In this document: positions 12,301 through 24,300 of the stretch, in pieces
Layout: every line of letters starts with the position of its first letter
How positions within the stretch are numbered: the stretch's first letter is position 1
Source: Verrucomicrobiia bacterium
GTDB taxonomy: Bacteria; Omnitrophota; Omnitrophia; Omnitrophales; Aquincolibacteriaceae
Length of the DNA: 64,000 nt
Reading direction: 5' to 3'
Assembly (NCBI GenBank): GCA_035495615.1
Contig: DATJFP010000088.1
Span: 41,763 to 105,762 of the forward strand
Translations under genes and position numbers: made by a program
The notes under the pieces: model-generated
What the model saw: only the letters and a program-made list of their open reading frames with translations
Databases searched by the model: none
Told to the model about the DNA's origin: nothing

Positions 12301-15300
12301 TTCGCATCCACGAACTGGTTCATGAGGCGTTCCCAGAGCGGCGCGACAAATTTCGGCGCAATGAGCGTGATCATGACCTGGAGGAAGATCGTGACGGCGT
12401 AAAGGGCGTAGAAGACTTCGGAAACGCCCGGGATCATGACGCTGATGAAGCCGATGAAGAGCAGCCGCTTCCAGATCGGCTCGCCGATGATGCCGCGCAT
12501 GACGAGGTTGTTCGGGTAGCGCGAGTATTCACTCGTGTTCCAGTGGCCGAGGAAACGCAGCGCCACGTTCGTCACGTCGAAACGTTTCCAGATGCTGACT
12601 TCGCGTTTGTGTTCGTCCGGGAAGTGCGCGGGCGTGCCTTCGGTGATCGGAACGTCGGTGAGCAGCGTGGCCGCGACCGGCAGCATGACGTTGCGCTCGG
12701 TGTCGGGCTCGGCTTCGTAGATGTTCGCGGACGATTCTTTTTCGTCGTGCGATTCCCAGATTTCCGGGTCCGCGGGATAGTCTTTCATCATTTCCGGGAT
12801 GAGGCCGTCCATGACGTCGGAACGCATGCCGAATTTACCGAACGCGCGGCCGCGTCCTTCGGTCGCGAACAGGACCACCTGGAAGAAACGCAGGGTGGCC
12901 TGGGCCACGCCCTTCAGGAAGGTGTACTGCGCGTCGCCCCAGTTCGAGTACTCGATCCACGGCTGGTACATTTTGTACTTCGCGTTGTTTTCCGAGTGCG
13001 ACATCTTCTGCACCGTGCGCAGCGCCGTATCGCGCGGCCACACGTTGTCTTTGTCCGAGATCAGGTGGTTCTTGATGCTGTTGACCGGGTCGCCGATGTT
13101 CAGCGGATTGCCGCGGTATTCGCCGTAATAGAGCTGGCCGTGGGCATTGCGGCGGAAGTAATCGCGGCCGGTCATGTCCGGCCCCGTGTCGCCGTGCGTG
13201 AGGTAGCGGTTCAGGTTGTAATACGACCACGGCTTTCTCACCTGCGACTGGCGCGGGAACACGTAGAACTTGTCTTTGCCGAAATCGCGCCACAACTCGT
13301 AGGCCAGGCGCGCCGTGCGCTGCTCGCGCGGGTCGCTGAGCGCGAGGAGGCGCGACATGTCGCCGTTGGCCGCGGCCCAGCCCGCGTCCAGGATGCGCTG
13401 GATCTGCGGCCACTGGCCGTCGGAAGTACCGCCGTCGAAAATGACGCGCATGTTGTGAAGCGGGTCCGGATCGTCCGGGTCCGCGGTGTCGAGAATGCCC
13501 TGCATGCTCTTGCGCGCGCTGTCCATCACGATATCGAGTTCGGTGATGCGCGCGACGTAGGTGATCGCGCTCTGGTCGATTTCTTTTTTGCCGACTTCAG
13601 GCAGCCCGCGCTCCATGCTGCCGAACGAGAACATCCAGGTCACGAGGCTGAAGCCCAGCGTGATGATGATGCGCAGAAGATAGAAGGTCGCGATCACGGA
13701 AAAGAGGTTGGCGCCCAGGATCAGGTAGCCGGAGAAAATGCCGCCCTTGATCAGCGTCAGCGCCGTGTCGATGACGAGCGGGTTCTGGCTGAACATGTAA
13801 CCGAACACGTACCACAGCGTGCCGAAGAGAATGCCGGAATGGAAGAGCTGCCAGAGCGTGGCCTTGCCGAACTTGCCCACGGAGGCCGGGACGTGCAGCG
13901 TGAACAGGTGCCAGCCGAAAATCGAGATCCTTCTTTCCACGTTCGGGCCCGGAAAGTCGTTGGTCCTGCCCCAGATCGACTGCGGGACCAGCAGGTCGAT
14001 GAGCGCGCCGGTAAGCGTCGGGATAAATCCCGCGGAAACCATTTCGCCCGCGAGCAGGATCGCCAGGCCATACACGATGGCGGCCAGCGGCAGGAAGGCG
14101 GGCAGCAGGAGTTGAATGATCAGGACCGCGGCGCCCGTGATGCCGATGATCGAAAATTTCGCGACCTGCGGCCGGTAATCCGCGTCGATGACCGAAAGCA
14201 GCCGGTAGGCCAGGAAGGCCGCGGACAACAGGCCTCCGAGCAGAAGGACAGCCGGCACCAGGAATTGCGCGGCGAAATAACCGATGAGGCCCAGTGTGAG
14301 CCCGGTGAGCACGCCCATGACCGTAAGGCGCTTGCCGATGTTCGCGTACGGATTATTTTTGGCGGCTTCGCGCCAGGCCACGCCCACGCGGTAGAACGGC
14401 TTGCGCAGCGTGGAAAGGCTGAAGAGCTGCATCACAAAGCGCGCGAGCACAAGCCCCAGGATGACCAGCGCATGCGTGGCCAGTGTCCCCGGCTTGTTCA
14501 GGTCGTACAGGCTGCGGAAAAAGCCCCAGACGCCCGAACGTTCTTCTTCGGGCAGGAAGCGCTGCAGGCGGCGTTCGATCTCCTGCCGGTGCGCTTTGTT
14601 GACGCTGCGCTCGGCATACGTAATGAAAAGTTCTTCGGCGTCCGAACGCATTTCCTCGCCCGGAGGCAGGTCGCCGCGGGTCTCGCGCAGCACCTGCAGG
14701 ATACCCACCCTGCGGCGCACGTCGCCGCGGATGTCCATCAGCAGCAGGAGTTCGGTCTGCGTGAGCGCGGGAATCGAGTCGGGAACCGTCGTCGGATCGG
14801 TCGCCTGCTGGAAGTAACGGCCCGGATAAAGAATGTTGATCTGGGCCTGGGCGCTCACGATGCGCAGACGCTGGTGCGCTTCCATCACGTCATCGACAAG
14901 CAGCCGGATGTCGTTGGGCAGGAGTTCGCCGCGGCGGATTCTGTCGACCAGCGCGGCCACGATGGCCGGGTCGGTCAACGAGCGGCCGCCGAGCCAGTAG
15001 CGGGCGCGGCCGAGATTCTCGGTATCCAGCCGCGAAAGCTGCTGGCTGACGATGCGCGTGAGCTGCTGGGTCACCATTTCGTTCAGTTCGCGGTCGGTCA
15101 CGTAAGGAGTCACGGGCCGCTCGGCCAGACCAATCTTCAGCCACACGTCCGCGAGATAAAGCGCGTGATCGATCGGGAATTCGTACCAGTGCATGGCGAC
15201 AATGGGATCGCGGTTGAAGTCCGCGAGATCGGCGCGGGCCCGCTGAAGCAGGACGCCGCCGACCGTCGGATCGACGAGCGATACCGCGATGGCCTGGGTA

Positions 15301-18300
15301 ACGGCCGCTTCCCGCTTCGCGCGTTCCTGCCGGATGATGAAATCCGCGGGATTGCGCTCGAAATCCGTGACCGCCCTCTGGGCCGCTTCGAGCTGGGGAC
15401 GCAGCGATGCGTCCGCGGCCGCGAGCGGCGTGAGACGCGTGACTTCGGCCTGAAGGCGCGTGCGTTCGGCATTGATGACCTGGATCGGAACGGTTTGATG
15501 GTTGTCCCGCGCGATCTGCCGCAGCCGCTGCGTGCTGAGCTGCTGAATTTCGCGCGCCATCCTTACCCACGCCAGCAAATCCTCGAGCCTGACGCCGGCG
15601 TTGCGGGTATTGTCCGCCATCCGGTAGGCCTGGTCGTCGGTGACCGGATAGCCGGCTTCGTTGAGCGCGGTCTGGAGCTGACGCGCGCTGTCGAGCACGA
15701 TCTGCAGGTCCTGCACGTCGCGCAGGATGACCGCGTCCACGCTGAAACCCAGGCGGTTGACGACCTGCTGGCGCTGATCGGGATCGGTGAATCCCCACGT
15801 GTCGTAAAGGCGCTGCGAAAAAGCAGTGATGCGCGAGCGGTGATAAAGCGGCAGGCGTTCCCGCGGGTCGCGGGGCAGGTTATAGACCTGGCGGTAGATG
15901 CGCTCCACCTCGTTCTGGATGGTGACGTATTGCATCACGACGTCGTCGACGGAGCGGCCCTGTTCGATCATGACGTTCACGTAGTAGCTGACGTCGAATT
16001 GACCGAGCGAAGCCGGGTAGCCGCGGTCGCGGATGTCGGGGCGCTGCAGGTAGCGCTGGTACGATTCCTGGATCTTCTGGGCTAAGGTTTCCGGAGTCTC
16101 TCCCGCCGGAATGCGGCCGCGCAGCGCCGTGCGCTGGTCCGCGCGCAATGTCCAAAGGTCGCGGACGGCCTGCGTTTCGCGGTAGGTTCTGTTGCGCAGA
16201 ACCTCCGCCTCGCGCTGACGCTGCGGCATGCGCGCAATCAAGTCGAGGAGCGGCCCGTTGGTGGAAAGGCGCGGCTCAAGCAGCAGGTTGAAAATTTCCC
16301 CGCGGCCCGGACGGACGTACTGCGAGACTTCCTGGTCCGGGCCGAATTGCAGGTACACCTGGTGGCCGAATCCCGAGGCAAAGGTCTGGTCCGCCATGCT
16401 GAGACGCGCGATGAGTTCGCGCTGCGCGGCCTCGCGGTAGTTCGGCGACAGCGCCTGGAATCCGGGCATCCGCATGATGCGCGTCCAGGCCGCGGACACG
16501 CGGTCGGTCGTGGCCTGGTCCGGCACTTCATGGAAGATGTTGGCCCAGGTCCACAGCAGGCGGCGCTCCATGTTGCCCTGCGGCCCGAGGTCGCGGTAGC
16601 TGGAGTCGCCGCGCGCCACGACTTCGAAGAAGCGCCGCATCTGGAAAATCTGCACGGGGTTCATGGGCTCGCTGGCGGCCCTGCCCTCGCCTTCGCGGCG
16701 GAAACGCTGCACGGCCGAGCTGATGTTGAGCGCGTCGATGAAGACGTGCAGGTATTCGTAAGAAGCCTTCTGGATGTTGAGCACGTCCTGGAAATATTCG
16801 ACGATCCACTGGCGGTCGCGGCCGAGCTCGTGCATGCGCACGACAAAACCGAGGCGCTGCCACGGGTCCATGACCGGGAACTGGTCGGCGGCCGCATCCC
16901 CGTAGGTGCGGCGGATTTCCTCGATGGCCAGCCTTTCCTGCTCCATGACGAAGCCGTCGTCGCGCAGGAGGCCGGCGATGATGTGGACGCTGGCTTCTTC
17001 GCTGTCGGAAACGATCCGGGAACGGACGAGCGTGATCCACGACGAGAGGTCGGCGAGTTCCAGGCGCTGGTGCACGCCGCCCTGGCGGTGATAGCGCATG
17101 TACACGGCCTGCAGCAGCATTTCCGTGCGGCCGCGGTCCATGAAGAACTGCCGCGCCTGGTCGATGTCCGCGAACTGGAATGGCTGGCCGGAAAGGCTGT
17201 AGCTGCGCATCTGGCCGCGCTGGTCGCGCAGGAACTGCGTGGCGAGCTGCACGGCGTCGCCGGGCAGCACCATTTGCTGGCTGAGACCTTCCCGAATGTC
17301 GCGGTCCGGATTGCCGAGGATCAGGTCGACCAGGCTGGGGTTTTCGGCGGAGCCTACCAGGTCGTCGTCGGTCACCCACGCCGGGCGCGGCGCGGTGCCG
17401 GCGCGCCAGGCCTGCAGCTCGGTGACCAGGCCGGGCCGCGTCGTGAAGCCGGAATCGTTCTGGGCCGAGAGGCGCCGGACGTTCTGGGCGAACTGGACGA
17501 GCTTGAAGAAATCCTCGATCGTGAAGCGGGTGCCGAGAAGCTGGGCGTAGGAGCGGTCCGTCCCCTCTTCGGGGATCTGATAAGTGCGGTAATAATAAAG
17601 GTAGAAGTACTTGACCTCACCGTCGGTCAGGCCGCCGTTGCCGCGTCCGGGCCAATGATCGCGCGCGGCGCTCTGGACGCGGAGAAGATCGGTCATGGTC
17701 TGCGTGATGTCCGCGGCCGGGAGGTCGATCCTGCGGTTGACTTCCTCGATCATGCGCACGCGGGAATCGAAAAGGCCCCACATGCGGCCGCGGTCGGCGG
17801 GGCTCATGGCGCGCAGCGCGGCGTCCGAAGCAAAAGGAGCGACCAGCGTGCCGAGGTTGATGCCCTGGTAATACTGCACCAGCTGCGGGCGCAGGTTGAA
17901 GATCATGTGCGCCAGATTGCGAGTATGCGCCGTGAACCGCTGCACGTCGGAAAGCGGCGCTCCCGTCGTCACGAAGTTCTCCTTGCGCGCTTCGATGGAC
18001 AGAAACGCGGTATAACCGATGAGGAAGTTCCAGCCGTCGTCCGAGCGGTAAAAGCTGTTCAGTCCCGTGATGGAAGCGCCGCGCGTGCGGGCCGCGGCCG
18101 CGTCGCCGGTATCGTTGAAGAGCTGCAGCTGCCCGACCGTGCGGTAGAAATCAAGGCGCGCGGACGGATTGGCGTCGATGGCGGGCAGGACGCGCAGGAC
18201 GTCGTCGACAATGCCGCTCGTCGCGCGCCAGCTCGCCTGGTAATCGACGAGATATTCCGTGCGGAACTGCACCCAGCCGAGCACCGCGCCGAGCGTGCGG

Positions 18301-21300
18301 GGATCGCTGGCAAAATTTTCACCGACCGTGAGCCGGTTGTCGCCGCGGCCTTCGAGGCGGAAATTCAGGAGCCGGTCGGCCTCGCGGAGAGCTTCGGCGC
18401 GGCGCGTCGGATCGCGGAACACCCACTGCAGCCGGGGAACGCGCAGGCGCACCTTTTCCATGTAACGCGTGAAGAGTTCGTCCCAATGCCGCTGGATCTG
18501 CGCGTTGTTCCAGCCCGGCTGGACGCGGGCTTCAAGCGCGGCGCCGGCAAGGAAACCGTTCAGGAGGCCGCTCGCCTGCTGGTCCGAGAAAAGACGGCGG
18601 TCGACGCGTCCGTCTTTGCCGATGTAACCGGTCAGGCGCGGCAGTTTGCCTTCGCCGAACGCGTCCGCGCCGAGAATCGCTTCATAGTACTGCTGGGCGT
18701 TGCGGAGCGCGGTGACGAGGCGGTCGTTGTTGGCGAGATAATAGTCGATCTGGCGCGTGCGCGATTCCGAAGCTTCCAGCGTCAGGGACGGCAGGCGCAG
18801 TTCAGGGCCGTCCGCGGTGGTCGGCGGAGGCGCGATCTGAGGCGCCCCTCCGAACGGCGCCCCTGCCCTCGCGGGCGGAGCGGCAACGACGCCGCGGACT
18901 TCGACGTCCGCGCCCGGCGGAATGCGGTTGGCCGTGCGCCAGGCGGAAAGCGCGTCGCGGTGCAGCATGGCGAAAGCGTCCAGCCGCGACCGTTCGCGCA
19001 AAAAGGCCATTTGCGATTCGCCCTGGCGGCCGATCAGGCCGTTCAGGCTCCTCAGGTGATTGGCCATCACGTACGTGCGTACGGCCGTGCCGCCGCCGTC
19101 CTGCGAATCAAAAGGCCCGTTGGGTCCCTGGCCCTGGAAATTGCGGATCCACGTGGCGACGGCTTCGGGATGCTGGCTCGCGAATGCCGCGACCGGCGTG
19201 ACGGTCAGATGGTCCATGCGCGGAGTGCCCGATTGCGAGCGGAACGCGCTGTTGCCCATGTTCGGATCGAAAGCGCCGAACGGACCGGAAACCGCGGACG
19301 GGCTGAAAACGCCAGGGCGCCCGTTCTGCCTTGCGTCGTCCATCATGGCGCGGAAATAATTGGCCTGCATTTCGCGGAATCCCGGAATGTTCATCTGCGC
19401 CCAGATCGGGGCGTTGTAGCTCATGCCGGACGCGCCGCCGGTGGATGTCGTCGCGACGCGCGCGGTCGAGCCTCCGGCGAAACGGTAATCCGAGGCCGTG
19501 AACGTGGGCGTCAGCCCCGTGAAAGCGCGCGAGTCGACGTCGAAGAGCGTCACGATGAGCGCGATGTCGGCGGAATCTTCGGCGAAAAGATCGGTGCGGA
19601 GATTCTCGCTCAGCGTGACGCGCTGAAGGTCCGCGCGCGGCATGAACGTCACGCGCGCCGAAGTGTGGAACAGGTGCCGGTCGCCGTTCAGCATGGCGCG
19701 GTAGCCTTCCCGCTGGGCGTTGATCGCCGCGATCGCCTGGTCGCGCAGGTCGGTCAATTCGCGCGGGATTTCTTCGCCCGCGGCGCGCAGGCGGGCGATT
19801 TCGCGGATCAGACTGCCGGCATAGCGCGCGAGCGACGCGGTGAGGTGGGCATTGTCGACGAACGAGATGTCGCCGCTTTGCGGGCGCGGGTCCGCGCGGT
19901 CGAGGTGAAGCCCGGGGATCAGCCCGTTCCAGCTCGACTGCGGGTTGCCCTGCAGGCGGACAAGCGTTTGCAAAATGAGCCGGGATTGCGCGGCCGCACG
20001 GGCGCGGTCTTCGGGCGCCACGCGGCTGTTCACGTCGCGCGCCTGGACGTGGCCGTAATATTCGAGAAGCGCGCCGATTTCGGTGGGCTGCGTGGTCTGA
20101 CGCGGCGCGGTCTGGTCCGGGCCGTAAACTGAATACGGGAAACCGGTCCTGGGATCGATGACCATGGAGCGGTCGCCGCTGCGGGCATCGAGGACGTCGT
20201 CGAACTGATCCACCAGTCGCTGCACGTCCGCGGCATCGGGAGCCGGTCCAGCCGGGCCTGCGGGTCCCGCGGGCCCCGTGTCCGTATCCATCTGTCCAAA
20301 GATCAACAAGACTAAAGGAAGCGCCATCATGCCGGCCGAGCCTGCATCCTGCACCGGCGGGCGGAGCGGCGCGAGAATCGGCGCGGCCCTGACGCCTGTC
20401 ATGGGATCCACGTCCACCTGGCGGGCGAGTTCGTGAATCGCGGCGGTCGTCAGTTCCGGCGGCATTTCCCGGCCGGAGTTGAGCACGCCGCGGAGCGCGA
20501 CGACTGAGGGTTTGATCGTGGAAACGTCTTCGCCGTTTTCTTCCATGCGGTCCGTGGCATGGGAGACGTTGCCCATCATGACGAGCGATTGGGCCCTGCC
20601 GAAATCGCGCAGGCGGTCTTCCGGCGCGCGCGCGTTGCGGGCCTGCGCCAGAACGCGTTCGGCGGCGTCCCGGTCTGCCCCCGCGTCCAGACGGTCGACG
20701 CTCGCGCTCATGGACTGATAAACCTGGATTTCCTTCGAGCTCCATCCGGACCGCGAGAGGTCGCCGACTTCGGTATGCACGCCGACGACGCCGAGAACAG
20801 TCGCGCTGAAGCGCATCACCGAGTCCGCCACCGTGATTCCGGTTTTGTCCTGAGCCCAGCCCAGGATGTCATGGCCGACGTTGATCGCGTGATGCTCGAC
20901 GAACGTGACGGGCGAAGCAACGGCGTTGGTGACGTCGACGTTATCGCCGCGGATCTGCGTGAAGACCCAGGAAGTGCCCTTGCCGATGTATTGCGCGAGG
21001 CCGTAATCGTGGACATTGCCCTGGGCGTCGGGATGACCGCCGGCCAGCACCGCGATTTCCGCGCCGACCGTCAGCATCATGCCGAAGGTACGGATGAATT
21101 GCAGCCAGAACTTTCCGGATGACAGGGTCCGGAACAAGCCAATGGCAGGCGCGTACGCGAAGCGCTGTGCGAGCGTCGGAATGATTACGGTCGGAGGCGC
21201 GCGGGGCGCGGCAGGCGGCACCGCCTCGACGGGCCGAGGTTCGTCGGCCATGCCGAGCAGCGCGCGAAGAACGCGCATTTCCGAGTCCACGCTGTAACGG

Positions 21301-24300
21301 ATGAACGGTTCGAGCGCTTCGAGCGAACGGTAGATGTCCGCCTTCTGTTCCGTGGAGATGCCGCTGTCGTCCTGCGACGCCTTCAGCATGAAATTCCGCA
21401 CCGCGCCGTAATCGAGCGATTCCAATCCTTTGAGCGCGGGCATCTGCGCGAGCAGGAGGCCGTCCAGGTACTGGTTCGAGAAGGACCGCGCGAAATTCGG
21501 AATCGTGAGGACCATGGACAGGAAAGCCGTATTAAGGAAGCCGGAAACCGTGAAGGCATGGACAAACGCCTGCACCGCGATGCCGATGATCGGAATGCCC
21601 GCCGTGCTGACCGTAAGATACGAGCCGACAAAACCCAGGAGGCTCGCGCCCGCGATGCCCGCGGGAAGGGCAAAGGAAATCAGGGCGAGGCCGAGCGCGC
21701 CGATGAGGGCCATCATGGTCCTCTTCTGGATGAATGTCAGGGCCGGGAAGACGAGCGGCTTCAAAATCAATTTTTGGACGACGCGGTAAACCGTGTTGTA
21801 CCAGCGATTGCCGTACTGGAGTCCGTTCAGGACGGACACCACCGGCTTCCAGCGCAGGAACAGGTGGTAAATCCCCTTCTCGGCCAGGCCGCCTTTGCGC
21901 CAGTCCGTGAACTGGCGGTCGTAACCCGCCTTGTTGGCGGCAAGCATGGCGCCGGCCAGCGCGTGGATCGACGAAGAACGGTCCATGGCTTCGACCGCGC
22001 TGATGATCGTATAGCCGCGGATCGTGAGCCCGCCGCGGAAAAATCCGAAAATGATCGCGCGGCGGAAATAACCGTAGAAGAACTGGTCCAGGAGGTGCGG
22101 GCCGGCCATGACAAACCAGCGCGCGATGCGGTATCCCCGGTACAGGAATCTGCCCCAGAACGTCTTGGGCTGCTCATCCGGGCCTTCGTGCGGCTGCTGG
22201 TCCGCGCGTTTGTAATGCGCTTCGAATTCTTTTTCAAGCTCCGAGTAGATGAACTGCCACTTCTTCACGTCCGGATCGTTGTAATCGAAGCCCGTGGCGC
22301 GCGCCAGGTCTTTCAAGTCTTCTTCCGAGTAGCCGAATTCCGCGCGGATGCGCAAAATGATCCGTTCCCGGTCCGGATTCACGCCGAGCTTGAGCATGCC
22401 CTGGATGTCGGGCGGCTTGCGCTCGTAGCGGCGAAGGACAGCCTGGATCGCGGTTTCGAGCGCGGCCGACTGCGTCCGCAGTTCCGCGCGCGGCATCGTC
22501 TCGTTGACGCGAAGGCCGGAACGCATGCCGGTAAAGATGCCCTGCAAAAATTCGCGGCGGCCGAAATCTCCGGCCTGGGCCATTTCAAGGGCGTTCTTGC
22601 CGAACCACAGCGCCCCCATGCCCATCCCCATGCCCTTCTTTTCCATGTTGCGTTCCTGCTCGAGGGTCTGCTCGTAAATCCTTTCGTATTCGTCGCGCCA
22701 GAAGCTGAAGTAAAGGCCCTGGTAATAGCTGTTGTCCGGAAGTTCGGCCTTGAACTGGTCGTACTCGGTCTGGAATTCGGGACGGACGAAAGAGCCGTCG
22801 GGGTTTTCGACATTCACGCCCTGCAGCGCTTTGAGGCGGCGGAAGGCGCGGCGCATGAAACGTTCGCGCAGGTCGGCGATGTCGGCGCGGCGTCCGATGC
22901 GGTTGATCGCGCGCACCATCTCCAGGCCTTCGCGCAGCACTTCGCCCACGTTACGGTCCCGCTGGTCGGAGCGGTAGCCGAGCGTCAAGATCGAGTTCAC
23001 GTAAGCGCGGACGCGCGGGTTCGAGTAATACATCTCCGGCGTGATGTTTTCCGGGATGTTCGGGTCGGTCGGGAAAAGCGTCCGGTAGAAGCCGCGCGAC
23101 AATTCACGGGCCCAGTCGAACGCGTGCTTGGTCTGCAGGGTGTCGTTCTGCGGGTTACGCAGTTCGAAAAGGAGCTGGCGGGGCTGCGTCGCGTCCGCGC
23201 GGTTGAAGCGCGTCGGATTCGCGGCGCCATCCGCGGGAACACGCGCGCGGCGGCCGTAGTCGATGAAAATGTCTTTCAGCAGCGCGACGCGGCCGAGTTC
23301 GTTGCGGTGGTCGGCTCTTGCCGCGGAGATGCGCTGGTTTCTCGCGGCCCCGTCGGCGCCCGTGATGAGCCGCGCCCTTTCGATGATGGCGTTCAGAAGC
23401 GCGCTCACTTCACCTTTGGTGATCTGCGGCAATTCGTCGAAGGACGGTTCGTCCGGCAGGACCGGCTGACGCAGCCCGAGCGCGCGGTTGCGGATGTTGG
23501 CCAGCGAAGCGACCGCGTTCAGCAGCTGGTTCAAATGGTTTTTCCCGCTCGAGGGATCCGTCTTGATCCTCTCGGGGTCGGCTTCGATGTAATCGACGGC
23601 CGCCTGCAGGCGTTTGCGGAAATTCACGACGGCGTCGCGGTTGTTGGTGTCCGCGGGCGTTTCGCGGATCACGTCCGCGGCCAGGGCGAGCAGCATGCCC
23701 ATGTTGAACGGCGCCGCTTCCATCTGTTCCTTGATGAGTTCGCGCTCCTTTTTCTTGGTGGGGTCGAGGCGCGGATTGCGTTCGACGCGCAGGACGCGTT
23801 CCTCTTCGGGAACATCCGACCAGTTCGTCCATTCTTCGTCGCCGCTTGTCCGCAGGCGGTAGATGTAGCGCTGGGCCAGCTCGTCGTTCTGCAATTCGTG
23901 CGCGATGCGCAGGTCGAGCTTCATCGTGTTGTAGTCGTAGCCGAGCGCCGAGAAATCTTCTTCGATCCTGGAGACGATCGACTGGTCGCGGAAATACGGG
24001 TCGGCGATGTTCAGCCTGCGGCCGTAAAGACGCTCGAGGTCCGGGAGCATCTCGCGGATGTTGCGCAGGCGGCCGTGGAAGAAGTCTTTGAACGCCTGCG
24101 TGACGCGGCGGTCCCCGCCCTCGCCTTCGAAAACCGGGATGTTCCGCTTGTCGGCGATCTCGCGCGTGCTGATCACCCACGCCATGCGCATGTTGACCCA
24201 GTACTGAAGAACCATCTGGCTCGTCCACTGCACCAGGTCGCCGCGCAGACGGCGCGTGACGCGGCGGACCCTTTCGTTGTTGCCGCTCAGGATGTCGAGC

